Source: Saccostrea cucullata
Taxonomy: Eukaryota
Direction of reading: 5' to 3'
Length of the DNA stretch: 64,000 nucleotides
Assembly: GCF_032062105.1 (NCBI RefSeq)
Contig: NW_026938421.1
Span: 248,001 to 312,000, forward strand
Shown: piece by piece, positions 25,695-39,998 of the stretch
Layout of the letters: every line of letters begins with the position of its first letter
How positions within the stretch are numbered: position 1 is the stretch's first letter
Program-made: the position numbers and the translations under genes
The notes under the pieces: generated by a model
Databases searched by the model: none
Told to the model about the DNA's origin: nothing
The model's input: only the letters and a program-made list of their open reading frames with translations

Positions 25695-26545
25695 TTCATT
25701 GATTCATAACGTAATTGCTTGGAGAGAAAAAAGGAATCAAATATATCTTAATTATTTTGTGTGTGTGTGTTTTGGATACTACATGTCATTCAATCAAAAC
25801 AAGTCTTTTAAGAATTCCAAATTACTAGAAGTTGAATGATAACAGTAAGCATTTATTCTATTCAATTACATTAGAATAATATAAGATTATGGGGATACTA
25901 GTTCTAAATTTTAGAACAGTGTTTTAATTCGGAAAAGAACAATTTTAACATTGCAGAAAAACAGGTAATATTCAGGCAAGTAGTAATGGTAAGAAGGGAC
26001 CCTCAATTTTCTTCTAAACGAAGCCTTTAAAATGTTCATAAAATGGGCGACTGAACCACTTTTGTGTAGCAGCATTCAAATCGATTTATGTAAATGCACA
26101 CGTTTTATTAAAATTTGTTTGTGGAAAAAAGGCTAACCCCCTAACCCACCCACCCCACCCCCGAAAAAAGGGATTGTCGAGTTTTAAGAATTTTTTGGCT
26201 GTAAGTTGTCAAAAAAAAAAAACCAACTAACCAAAAAAAAAAAAAACTCTGCCCAACCCCACATTGATGAATGAACATAACAGTTAATCTTGATATATAC
26301 TCGTATATTTTTTTTTATTTTCATGCAGTTTTAATAAAACTGGATTTAACAAGGTTAAAAGTTTGATTGTGTTTATGATCAACAGTATAATAACAAATAT
26401 TGGATGTGTTTTCATATTTTTTCTCTCTTTATTCAATATAATATATAATGAAAGTAAAAAAAAGCAAACAAATATCTTCAAAGTTTTGTAATGACTAATA
26501 CACATTAATCCACTTGATTTGATCATAAGACGTTTTGACAAACAA

Positions 26546-28013
26546 TATGGTGGCATAGTTCTGCCTACACTTGTCAAATTATAATTTTTAAAACATTACT
26601 GTATCGACTGCTTGTCAGATCCTCTCACTGACTTGCCAGTTATTTACGTTACAAAAAAATAATCAAGAAATAGTGTCCACTGTTACAACGCACTTTGAAA
26701 AATTACGCACTTTGAAAAAAATTTTCAAAGTGCGTTAAATTTTGGGACCAAGTCAACGCACTTTGAAAAAATAAAATTTCTTTTCAAAGTGCGTTAATAT
26801 GGACCATATTAACGCACTTTGAAAAAAATGTGTATGGATTTGTCAACATTTTTGCAAATCTTAGGTATGATAAATAATTGAACCTGTTTGATAATTCTTC
26901 TGTGAAGATGTCACTTCAGGATGTGAAAGTGAGCGATTTTTCTATACTTTGAAAATTCTTTCTCGCTTAAATGCTTTACTGTACTTATTTTTTTTTCAAG
27001 TTTGAATGCATTTTATCTAAAATTAAATTTATTGAAAGTTTTCAACGTCATACCAGTTATGGTAACACATGTATTTGGGTGTAGCATAGGCATCAGTTCT
27101 GGAAAAGGGGGTTACATGTAGGCATATAAATATTTTGAAAATATATACATTATATGTACATGTATGCATTAAAAATTGGGGCTTTCCTGTGGGGTCAACA
27201 TTCAATTTGCTACCGACGGCTATGCACAATGTTTAAGAAAAAAAAGTTGGGATGAGAGACCTTCTACTCGTCTTCTCCTTGTTCTCAATGAGGTTAAATG
27301 AGTTCATGTAAATTTTAAAAAGTTTTTCAAATGATATAATTATTACAATTTGATTTCCTCTATTACTAAAATCTAAGTCTAGAATTTTTATTTTCATACA
27401 TATCTTTTTTTTCAAAGTGCGTTAAATGCCTCCATGGTAAAAAATGTTTATGTGCATTCTTAACGCACTTTGAAAAATTTTTTCAAAGTGCGTTGAGTGT
27501 GTCCAAAATTTAACGCACTTTGAAAAAAATTACGCACTTTGAAAAATTTTTTCAAAGTGCGTAATTTTTTCAAAGTGCGTTGCCACAGTCCACACTATGG
27601 TTGTGTTATCTAGTTGACAATTTTTTTTTATCGACAACAGTCGACGTGATAATTAAGTATCTGACAAAATCAAAATAATATCTGACAAGTCGACTTATAA
27701 AATAATAATGTTGACTTGTATTAATATGGGTAATGTTATTTCGACTTATCAGATAAATAAGTAACCTTTTCAGATACTTGTGAGAAAATTATGTCTACTT
27801 GTCAAAAAAAGTATCATGTCGACTTGTCAGATAATTTTAATTTATTTACATGTAACAACTTGTCAGATGTAATGACACGAGTAGATATCAGTTTGTGGCA
27901 TATATAATAACGAGTTGATACAAGATACCGAGTTTTTGTCAAAATGATTTTTACTGACAAGTCGACAGAAACTTTTGACAGGTTAACATAAATGTCAAAA
28001 ATACGCCACCATA
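26546..28013. mobile_element. Degenerate IS3EU-like non-autonomous element hosting the fold-back insertion
   Basis: TATGGTGGC...GCCACCATA termini and repeated ACTTGTCAGAT motifs on both strands; target duplication no longer visible. Confidence 0.5.
26681..27587. mobile_element. Fold-back TIR element with TGT...ACA ends and 6-bp TSD
   Basis: GTCCAC duplicated at 26675-26680 and 27588-27593; ~55-bp TIRs built from the palindromic module ACGCACTTTGAAAAA..TTTTTCAAAGTGCGT. Confidence 0.88.
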
Positions 28014-29980
28014 TAACCGTAAATACTTAAGTCTTAAATTTCAATTCTATTTTTTTTGGTTTAAATTCAAGCTTTGCAAACAGTGCGCTATAGCGAAATT
28101 GATACCGTGTACTTCTCTTTTATTTATAATCACGGCAGTGAATTCTCCCTATAAAAATTTACTACATATTTCCTTACAGAGACCTTTGATGATAATTTAT
28201 AAAAATTATTAGATATCAAATAAAATGTCACAAGACCCCGGAAACTGCTGAATTCTAGAGATTTCTCTGGGGAAATTGAAGCCTTCTACTATTTCCTTTG
28301 CCATGATTAATTATTTTCAGATAATATGAATCAAGCCCCCAGAAGGACAAGAATTGCAAGGAATGAATTAAGTTTTTATCAAACACTTTTACCCGATAAA
28401 TCAGTAAGAAAAAAAAATCTATCTTAAATTTGACAATTTGGGGTGATACCCCCTTAAATCCAATGTTTTCCTCATAAATTTCTTGAAGTGTATAATTATA
28501 CTGTTGATATTACTAGTATTTAGGAATTATTGAATTGGCTTTCCATGGAAGAATGAAATTGTATAAAAGGGTCAGAGCTTCAGGAGTAGTGCTTCAATCT
28601 TATTCACTAGTTTAAACATTTAATTGCCAGTTCTAAAATGAATACATGGATTCAAGGTCACAATACAAAACCTGTTGTAATTTTCGGTTCGCGGGTAAAA
28701 ATAATTGCTTTAAAAAACGTGGAATTTTCTTTACATATATACCTGGTAGATATATCAATTTTTGAATACTGAGTAGGTTTCAAATGTCTGCAATATAGTA
28801 CAACATATACTTATATATCAAATTATGAAATATTACTTAACAATCTCCAATCATATCGTCTGTAGGGTACAAAAGTCTGTTACTCATTGAACTGAAGAAT
28901 AAAAAAAAATACGCTTAGAACTTACCAGGACCAGTTATGTATAACTCCTATCACAAGAGACGCTGACTCTTTAATATTGTCTCACCCCCATGTTGTATGT
29001 ACACTGTGTACATGTTGTATATACAATATAACAAAATTTATATAATAATTGAAGTAAATCATAAATTGAGTGCACGTATACCTACCTGCTTGCTCAGGTG
29101 CACACGCACGGGTAGAACCAGGAAGTGTTAGATTTCAATTTTCTGTCCACAGTCCGAAGCTAGGAGCCCATACAAAAATCACTCTAAAATCAGCAAATAT
29201 TCACCCAAACTCTCAAATTCAGATTCCGTATTACAAGTATTTCTTTTAACCTACTGACAAAACAAAATAAGTTCCATATCATTGGTAACTTAGGAATTTT
29301 ATCATCATTAATGAAAGCTTTTCATATGCGTGGTAACTTTATATTCTTTTCAGACAAATGTTATTTAATATCTGGTTCTCAGTACACTTGTAACCCTCCT
29401 GGCCTTTCTTTCTCCCAACCAATTAAGTTCGTTATCATCCGGAAGTTCATTTTAAAATTCTGATTGCAACCATGTGTAAAATATAATGTAGAATGTAGTG
29501 ATTTTGGATTACTGTCTAGTGCTTGAGTGATGTTTTAAACGGATGCAGCCAATCCCATATAAGGATTATTTTACTTCCACTCTGATCAAATAGTTTATAC
29601 GTTTTTCATGTTATACTTCAAGAGCACAATTAAACTGTTGGAGTGAGTGTACGGAGTATATTGATATATCAGCGTTATTCAGTGAAAATTAACAAATTTG
29701 TAGAAATCTTTTCATACAATGCATTACCCTTTCTTCAAAAAGATGAAAAAAACCACCTACGGTGATGATTTTCAAAAGAAATATATAAATTAATCTATTA
29801 TTAAAATGCACAAATTTTCAGCACATTTTTTCGGTCAAAATTAGGCAGAAATGTTTTTTATTTGATAACTTTAAAAGTCAATTTTCCCAGTGAGTGTTAT
29901 CTCTATTAGAGATAAAATATGAAGACAAGCTATATAACAATGATGTGATGAAATGTGGTGTGATTGTAGGATGGTGTGAT

Positions 29981-30268
29981 TATGGTGGCATCAACAAGCG
30001 CCGACTTTATATCTTGTCCAGTCAAGATAAACAATCGTATTTTTGCGATAGGACAGCTATTTTATTCCTGATGCAAGATAAGTTATCTCATCATGTCAAG
30101 ATGGTTAACAGTACAAATGTGATAGCTTATCTTGACTGGACATGATATAAATTCGATGTTTGTCGACAAACCAGAAAGTTATCATGACCTGACGCGATAG
30201 TTATCTTGACTTGGCATGATACAAATGTTAACAGAAAGTTATGTGGATATTATCAATACGCCACCATA
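29981..30268. mobile_element. IS3EU-like MITE at the edge of the satellite
   Basis: TATGGTGGC...GCCACCATA termini flanked by TGTGAT / TGTGAG (6-bp TSD with 1 mismatch). Confidence 0.65.
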
Positions 30269-31721
30269 TGTGAGACAGGATGGTGTGATGACATAAAGGT
30301 GTGATGACATAAAGATGTGATGACAGGATGATGTGATGATAAGATGGTGTGATGACAGGATGAATGTGATGACTGGATAGTGTGATGACAGGATGGTATG
30401 ATGACTGGATAGTGTGATGACAGGATGGTATGATGAAAGGATGGTGTAATGACAGGATGGTATGATGATAAGATGGTGTAATGACAGGATGGTGTGATGA
30501 CATAAAGGTGTGATGACATGATGGTGTGATGACAGGATGGTATGATGATAAGATGGTGTAATGACAGGATGGTGTGATAACAGGATGGTGTGATGATAAG
30601 ATAGTGTAATGACAGGATGGTATGATGATAAGATGGTGTAATGACAGGATGGTGTGATGACAGGATGGTATGATGATAAGATGGTGTAATGACAGGATGG
30701 TGTGATAACAGGATGGTGTGATGATAAGATAGTGTAATGACAGGATGGTATGATGATAAGATGGTGTAATGACAGGATGGTGTGATGACAGGATGGTATG
30801 ATGATAGGATGGTGTAATGACAGGATGGTGTGATGACAGGATGGTATGATGATAAGATGGTGTAATGACATAAAGGTGTAATGACAGGATGGTGTGATGA
30901 CATAAAGGTGTGATGACATAAAGGTGTGATGACATGATGGTATGATGATAAGATGGTGTAATGACAGGATGGTGTGATAAAAGGATGGTGTGATGATAAA
31001 ATAGTGTAATGACAGGATGGTATGATGATAAGATGGTGTAATGACAGGATGGTGTGATGACATAAAGGTGTGATGACAGGATGGTATGATGATAAGATGG
31101 TGTAATGACAGGATGGTGTGATGACAGGATGGTATGATGATAAGATGGTGTAATGACAGGATGGTGTGATGACAGGATGGTATGATGATAAGATGGTGTA
31201 ATGACATAAAGGTGTAATGACAGGATGGTGTGATGACATAAAGGTGTGATGACATAAAGGTGTGATGACATGATGGTATGATGATAAGATGGTGTAATGA
31301 CAGGATGGTGTGATAAAAGGATGGTGTGATGATAAAATAGTGTAATGACAGGATGGTATGATGATAAGATGGTGTAATGACAGGATGGTGTGATGACATA
31401 AAGGTGTGATGACAGGATGGTATGATGATAAGATGGTGTAATGACATGATGGTGTGATGACAGGATGGTGTGATGATAAGATGGTGTAATGACATGATGG
31501 TGTAATGACAGGATGGTATGATGATAAGATGGTGTAATGACAGGATGGTGTGATGACATAAAGATGTGATGACAAGATGGTGTGATGATAAGATAGTGTA
31601 ATGACAGGATGGTGTGATGATAAGATGGTGTAATGACAGGATGGTGTGATGACATAAAGATGTGATGACAGGATGGTGTGATGATAAGATGGTGTAATGA
31701 CCGGATGGTGTGATGTCATAA

Positions 31722-32127
31722 ATTAGGGAATAACTATCTTCTAATTTGGTATTTGCGACCGTTAATGCTGATTTAACGGTCGCAAACATCCGTTTTACCG
31801 GCTCCGCTTACGCGTCGCCGGTAAAACTCAAGCGGAGCCGGTAAAACGGATGTTTGCGACCATTAAATCAGCATTAACGGTCGCAATTACCAAATTAGAA
31901 GATCAGTTATTCCCATTGTAATGCAATCTATATGCATTTTGTTTGTTGTTTACGTCTTATTTTGTTGAGTTTTGTTACATAAAATACGTCACGGGGCATT
32001 GTGTTTTTGCGTCGCTCTATTATGACGTCACAATGAAAAGCTCTCTGCCTCGTTAATGCTCGTTTCACTGCTTCAAACATCAGTGCAATAGCCAATGAAA
32101 GCGTGTTTTACAAAATAATTGCATTAG
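31722..32127. mobile_element. Crypton-like element with ~190-bp palindrome, copy 1
   Basis: GGGAATAACT...AGTTATTCCC palindrome (31726-31914) followed by a ~210-bp tail bounded by TAATGCAAT / ATTGCATTA; interrupts a satellite unit. Confidence 0.7.
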
Positions 32128-33924
32128 AAGATGTGATGACAGGATGGTGTGATGATAAGATGGTGTAATGACAGGATGGTGTTATGACATGATGGTGTGA
32201 TGACACAATGTTGTGATGACACGATTGGGTAATGATAGGAGTGGTGTAATGAGAGGATGGTGTAATGATATGAGTGGTGTGATGACATGATGGTGTGATA
32301 ACAGGATGGTGTTATGAGTTGATGGTGTGATGACATAATAGTGTGATGACATAAAGGTGTGATGACAGGATAAGATGGTGTAATGACATGATGGTGTGAT
32401 GACAGGATGGTGTTATGACAGGATGGTGTGATGACAAGATGTGATGGTGTAATGGTAGGAGTGGTGTAATGATAGGAGTGGTGTAATGACATGATGGTGT
32501 GATGACATGATGGTGTGATGATAAGATGGTGTTATGACGGATGGTGTGATGACATGATGTGGGATGACATGATGGTGTGATGACATGATGTTGGATGATA
32601 TGATGGTATATGACAGGATGGTGTGATGACATGATGGAGTAATGATAGGAGTGGTGTGATAACAGGATGGTGTTATGACAGGATGGTGTGATGACATAAA
32701 GGTGTGATCACAGGATGGTATGATGACATGATGATATGATGACTCGATAATGTGATGATATGATTGTGTTATGACAGGATGGTGTGATGATAGGATGGTG
32801 TGATGACAGGATGATGTGAAGACTGGATAGTGTGATGACAGGATGGTGTGGTGACAGGATGACGTGTTAACAGGATGTTGTGATAACAGGATGGTGTGTT
32901 GATAGGATGGTATGATGGCACGATGGTGTGATAACATAAAGGTGTGATGACATGATGGTGTGATGACATAATGGTGTGTTGACATAAAGGTGTGATGACA
33001 GGATCGTGTCATGATAAGATGGTGTATTGGCATGATGGTGTGATGACAGGATGGTGTTATGACAGGATGATATGATGACAGGATGGTGTGATGATAAGAT
33101 GGTGTAATGATAGGAGTGGTGTGATGACATGATGGTGTTATGACACGATGGTGTGATGACGGAATCGTATGATCATATGATAGTGTGATGATATGATTGT
33201 GTTATGACAGGATGGTGTGATGACAGGATGGTATGACAGGATGGTGTGATGACAGGATGATGTGAAGACAGGATGATATGATGACAGGATCGTGTAATGT
33301 TAGGAGTGTTGTGATGACAAGATAGCATGATAACAGGATAGTGTGATAACAGGATTGCGTGATGACACGATGGTGTTATAACATAAAGGTGTGATGACAT
33401 AATAGTGTGATGACATAAAGGTGTGATGACAGGATAGTGTGATGATAAAATGGTTTAATGACATGATGGTGTGATGACAGGATGGCGTGATGATATGATT
33501 GTGTTATGACAGGATGGTGTGTTGACAGGATCGTGTGATGATAGGATGGATGGTGTGATGACAGGATGATGTGAAGACGTGAGAGTGTGATGACAGGATG
33601 GTGTGATGACAGGATCGTGTAATGTTAGGAGTGGTGTGATGACAGGATGGCATGACAACAGGATAGTGTGATAACAGGATGGCATGATGATAGGATGGTG
33701 TTATAATATAAAGGTGTGATAACAGGATGGTGTTATGATAAGATGGTGTTATGACATGATGGTGTGATGACAGGATGGTGTGATGACAGGATGATGTGAT
33801 GACAGGATAGTGTTATGACACGATGGTGTGATGACAGGATGGTGTAATGATATGAGTGGTGTGATGACACGATGGTGTAATGATAGGAGTGGTCTGATGA
33901 CATGATGGTGTAATGATAGGAGTA

Positions 33925-34078
33925 TCAAATTGTACTCTAAACGCACTTTGAAAAAATTTTTCAAAGTGCGTTGAGTGTGTCCCAAATTTAACGCACTTTG
34001 AAAATTTTTTTCAAAGTGCGTTGATTTTGTCCCAATTTTTACGCACTTTGAAAAAAAATTTTCAGAGTGCGTTGCCAC
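33925..34078. mobile_element. Solo right-end fragment of the fold-back element family (second copy at 37002-37156)
   Basis: Three ACGCACTTTGAAAA..TTTTCAAAGTGCGT modules ending GTTGCCACA, as at 27587. Confidence 0.75.
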
Positions 34079-34773
34079 AATGGTGTGATGACAGGATCGT
34101 GTAATGATAGGAGTGGTGTGATGACAGGATGGCGTGATAACAGGATGGTGTGATAACAGGATGGCGTGATGATAGGATGGTGTGATAACAGGTGGGTGTG
34201 ATGATAGGATAGTGTGATGACACGATGGTGTGATGATAAGATGGGGTAATGACATGATGGTGCGATGACAGGATGGTGTGATGACATGATGGTGTTATGA
34301 CAGTATGATGTGATGACAGGATAGTGTGATGATAGGATCGTGTAATGTTAGGAGTGGTGTGAAGACAGGATAGTGTGATGACAGGATGGTGTGATAACAG
34401 GATGGTGTAATGACATGATGGTGTTATGACAGTATGATGTGATGATAGGATAGTGTGATGACAGGATGGTGTGATGATAGGATGGTGTGATGACAGGATG
34501 ATGTGATGTCAAGATGACGTTATACTGACAGGATGGTGTGATGACAGGATGGTATGATGATAAGATGGTGTAATGACAGGATGGTGTGATGACAGGATGG
34601 TATGATGATAAGATGGTGTAATGACAGGATGGTGTGATGACAGGATGGTGTGATGACAGGATGGTATGATGATAAGATGGTGTAATGGCAGGATGGTGTG
34701 ATGACATAAAGATGTGATGACAGGATGGTGTGATGATAAGATGGTGTAATGACTGGATGGTGTGATGTCATAA

Positions 34774-35156
34774 ATTAGGGAATAACTATCTTTTAATTTG
34801 GTATTTGCGACCGTTAATGCTGATTTAACGGTCGCAAACTGAGTTTTAACGGCGACGCGTAAGCGGAGCCGGTAAAACGGATGTTTGCGACCATTAAATC
34901 AGCATTAACGGTCGCAATTACCAAATTAGAAGATCAGTTATTCCCATTCTAATGCAATCTATGCATTTTGTTTGTTGTTTACGTCTTATTTTGTTGAGTT
35001 TTGTTACATAAAATACGTCACGGGGCATTGTGTTTTTGCGTCGCTCTATTATGACGTCACAATGAAAAGCTTTCTGCCTCGTTAATGCTCGTTTCACTGC
35101 TTCAAACATCAGTGCAATAGCCAATGAAAGCGTGTTTTACAAAATAATTGCATTAG
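34774..35156. mobile_element. Crypton-like element, copy 2 (part of the tandem duplication)
   Basis: Near-identical to 31722-32127 with the same flanks; differs at the palindrome centre. Confidence 0.7.
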
Positions 35157-38100
35157 AAGATGTGATGACAGGATGGTGTGATGATAAAATGGTGTAATGA
35201 CAGGATGGTGTTATGACATGATGGTGTGATGACACGATGTTGTAATGACACGATTGGGTAATGATAGGAGTGGTGTAATGAGAGGATGGTGTAATGATAT
35301 GAGTGGTGTGATGACATGATGGTGTTACGACAGGATGGTGTTATGACATGATGGTGTGATGACATAATAGTGTGATGACATAAAGGTGTGATGACAGGAT
35401 AAGATGGTGTAATGACCTGATGGTGTGATGACAGGATGGTGTTATGACAGGATGGTGTGATGACAAGATGTGATGGTGTAATGGTAGGAGTGGTGTAATG
35501 ATAGGAGTGGTGTAATGACATGATGGTGTGATGACATGATTGTGTGATGATAAGATGGTGTTATGACGGATGGTGTGATGACATGATGTGGGATGACATG
35601 ATGGTGTGATGATATGATGTTGGATGACATGATGGTATACGACAGGATGGTGTGATGACACGATGGTGTAATGATAGGAGTGGTGTGATAACGGGATGGT
35701 GTTATGACAGGATGGTGTGATGACATAAAGGTGTGATCACAGGATGGTATGATGACATGATGATATGATGACACGATAATGTGATGATAGGATTGTGTTA
35801 TGACAGGATGGTGTGATGACAGGATGGTGTGATGACAGGATGATGTGAAGACTGGATAGTGTGATGACAGGATGGTGTGGTGACAGGATGACGTATTAAC
35901 AGGATGTTGTGATAACAGGATGGTGTGTTGATAGGATGGTATGATGGCACGATGGTGTGATAACATAAAGGTGTGATGACATGATGGTGTGATGACATAA
36001 TGGTGTGTTGACATAAAGGTGTGATAACAGGATCGTGTCATGATAAGATGGTGTATTGGCATGATGGTGTGATGACAGGATGTTGTTATGACAGGATGAT
36101 ATGATGACAGGATGGTGTGATGATAAGATGGTATAATGATAGGAGTGGTGTGATGACATGATGGTGTTATGACACGATGGTGTGATGACGGAATCGTATG
36201 ATCATATGATAGTGTGATGATATGATTGTGTTATGACAGGATGGTGTGATGACAGGATGGTGTGATGACAGGATGGTGTGATGACAGGATGGTATGACAG
36301 GATGGTGTGATGACAGGATGATGTGAAGACAGGATGATATGATGACAGGATCGTGTAATGTTAGGAGTGTTCTGATGACAGGATAGCATGATAACAGGAT
36401 AGTGTGATAACAGGATTGCGTGATGACACGATGGTGTTATAACATAAAGGTGTGATGACATAATAGTGTGATGACATAAAGGTGTGATGACAGGATAGTG
36501 TGATGATAAAATGGTTTAATGACATGATGGTGTGATGACAGGATGGCGTGATGATATGATTGTGTTATGACAGGATGGTGTGTTGACAGGATCGTGTGAT
36601 GATAGGATGGATGGTGTGATGACAGGATGATGTGAAGACGTGAGAGTGTGATGACAGGATGGTGTGATGACAGGATCGTGTAATGTTAGGAGTGGTGTGA
36701 TGACAGGATGGCATGACAACAGGATAGTGTGATAACAGGATGGCGTGATGATAGGATGGTGTTATAATATAAAGGTGTGATAACAGGATGGTGTTATGAT
36801 AAGATGGTGTAATGACATGATGGTGTGATGACAGGATGGTGTTATGACATGATGGTGTTATGACATGATGGTGTGATGACAGGATGATGTGATGATAGGA
36901 TGGTGTCATGACAGGATGGTGTAATGATATGAGTGGTGTGATGACACGATGGTGTAATGATAGGAGTGGTCTGATGACATGATGGTGTAATGATAGGAGT
37001 GTCAAATTGTACTCTAAACGCACTTTGAAAAAATTTTTCAAAGTGCGTTGAGTGTGTCCCAAATTTAACGCACTTTGAAAAATTTTTTCAAAGTGCGTTG
37101 ATTTTGTCCCAATTTTTACGCACTTTGAAAAAATTTTTTCAGAGTGCGTTGCCACAATGGTGTGATGACAGGATCGTGTAATGATAGGAGTGGTGTGATG
37201 ACAGGATGGCGTGATAACAGGATGGTGTGATAACAGGATGGCGTGATGATAGGATAGTGTGATGATAGGATGGTGTGATAACAGGTGGGTGTGATGATAG
37301 GATAGTGTGATGACACGATGGTATGATGATAAGATAGTGTAATGACATGATGGTGCGATGACAGGATGGTGTAATGACAGGATGATGTGATGACATTATG
37401 GTGTTATGACAGTATGATGTGATGACAGGATAGTGTGATGATAGGATCGTGTAATGTTAGGAGTGGTGTGAAGACAGGATAGTGTGATGACAGGATGGTG
37501 TGATAACAGGATGGTGTAATGACATGACGGTGTTATGACAGTATGATGTGATGATAGGATAGTGTGATGACAGGATGGTGTGATGATAGGATGGTGTGAT
37601 GACACGATGATGTGATGTCAAGATGACGTTATATCATAATAGTGTAATGACAGAATGTTGTGATGACGTGATACTGTAAATCAATAGGCCTAAAGAATTT
37701 AATATGAAATTATATATCAAGTTCAAGGGTCATGCTCCAAATTATTAACCGAGTGATTTGTCATGATCCCGGATAGCATTTACCAATTCATTCGGTTCAT
37801 TTTACATTTTAAAAATCTTTTGATGTTATTCAGACCTCATTCCGATACTGTTTTAGGAATATCTCATCGGCATACTTCATATAGAATTTTATAAATTTTA
37901 GAGATAAAACAACTGCCTTTCATTGATCTAAATTTGATTATAAAAAAAAAATAGAACGTGACAAATTATTTGTCATGCATTTTATTTCAACTTTTGGCTC
38001 AAAATTAATAAAAGACCCCATGATATAAAATATCATATGCATTCCTCCTTTTTTCATTAAAACTTGGCAAACACAGTGTAATAGTGAAATGGATAAAATT

Positions 38101-39998
38101 GATGATAACACTTGATTAAAATTTATTTCCTTAGAGCGAATTTAAAATAAAATTTGTTTGAAAATATTATGAGTAGTTACTACATGTGCGATACTGAGAA
38201 CCCATCTTCACTCCATTCTGATACCAACAGCTGACCAAGTGTAAATGAATCTAATTTTCCATTACATATGTCACATAACAAAAATTCGTTCAGGACTTCT
38301 TTATCTTTTAACTAGTACTTCATTAAATTACATTCGCTTTGCTTCAACGTAATGCACAAAATAAAGCATTCAAGATGCGTTGGAGTAATTGGCATTTATC
38401 ATACATACTAGTAAATCAAGAGTGTCCTTCTTGTTCATTTGTTTAATCAGAAGCATCCTTATGGTTTTGTATTTTTGTACTCATATTTCAAGTACAAAAA
38501 GATAGCGATAGGGCACCAGTCATGCTAAAGTAGTAAAGTGTTGCACTATTTGAAGCGTTACGTCAATATACTTCCGTAGAATAAAACGTTAAAAACGTCA
38601 CCAACATCAAGAATAACGTCAAGTAGGTGATATGACATATTAATAAATCAAAATTCAAGAAGAAAAAAAAATGTACAATGTGTATATAAACCTACCTGCT
38701 TATAAAAGCATCTCTAACAAGGAAGTGTTCAATTCTGCTTTGACAATGATTGGAATTTAACTCAGTTCGCTCTATCAAAACGCGGAATGGAACACCGGAC
38801 AATGTTAAAAAAAGAAATGGAAATGTCAATCGTTTGCAGTACTGTAAAGTACCTTCATAGTGGTATATGAGAACTCATTAACTAAGCTTACTCTTAACTC
38901 ATTTTCAGTTCTTCCTCTTTTGATATGGAATGTCAACTGTAACTACTTTGCCAGTTGAGCTGTATACAAGTGTTCGAAATATTCACTGTCATTACCATGA
39001 GACAGGTGCAATAGTAACTAGTGCTAATTGTAACGGGAACCGTTACAGATGTTCCCCAAACGCTCCCCAACTCCCTTTTGGTGCCATATTCCCTGTAAGC
39101 CTATTTAATAAGACAACATCTGTGCATTTTTGACTTTAAGAACCTTTTCCCAAAAGGATACCAATTATATTCAAATTTTAACATTGCACGCGTGCCTATG
39201 TGAATGCACGTGCATAATGATCATATAATCTTGTCTACACTTTTTATATATTTAAATATACTTTATATGAAAGCATTTAGTCCAAAAGTATTAAAAATCA
39301 CTCATTCAAGTGTATTTTCAATTTCACTCGTTCCAAATGCACGCACGTGCGTGCACGTGCATGATGACCATACCTTCTTGTAGGAGGCCCTTATATCTAT
39401 CTATGTTCTAAATCTCAACCTGTTTGGTTGAAAATCAAGGGAATTATAGCCATTTCAAGTTTCAGCCAATCAGATTGCAGCACACGTGCATCCACGTGAT
39501 TTCAAGAATTTTTTCTTAATCATATTGTAGAATATCGTAACGCATAACTATGTTTTAAATTTCAAAGCATTTCGTCAAAAATCAAAGGAGATATGTCCAT
39601 TTAAAGTTTCAGCCAATCAGATTGCAGCACACGTGCATGCGAGTGATTTCTTGAAATTATTTGTATATCATATTGCAGGATATCCTAATGCATGACTATG
39701 TTTTAAATTTCAAAGCATTTCGTCAAAAAATAAAGGAGATATAGCCATTTAAAGTTTCAGCCAATCAGATTGCAGCGCACGTGCATGCGCGTGGTTTCTT
39801 GAAATTTTTTGTATATCATATTGCAGGATATCCTAATGCATGACTATGTTATAAATTTCAAAGCATTTCGTCAAAAAATAAAGGAGATGTAGCCATTTAA
39901 AGTTTCAGCCAATCAGATTGCAGCGCACGTGCATGCGCGTGGTTTCATGAATTTTTTTTCCATATTATGTTGTAGGATATCCTAATTCATGACAATGT

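Larger units (their letters stand above)
30269..37672. repeat. 16-bp minisatellite/satellite array (consensus TGATGACAGGATGGTG) interrupted by inserted elements
   Basis: Hundreds of variant 16-mers; local 336-bp (21-unit) higher-order repeat (marker at 30867 and 31203); source of all His-rich ORFs in the track. Confidence 0.95.

Noticed and set aside
26681-27587. Palindromic repeats with short spacers resembling a CRISPR array
   Set aside because: Eukaryotic context, no cas genes, spacers too short and similar; they form the TIRs of a TSD-flanked element.
30228-37605. Long His-rich ORFs (up to 516 aa) on the minus strand
   Set aside because: All three frames are open and give permutations of the same peptide because the 16-bp unit lacks stops on that strand; no splice or domain evidence.
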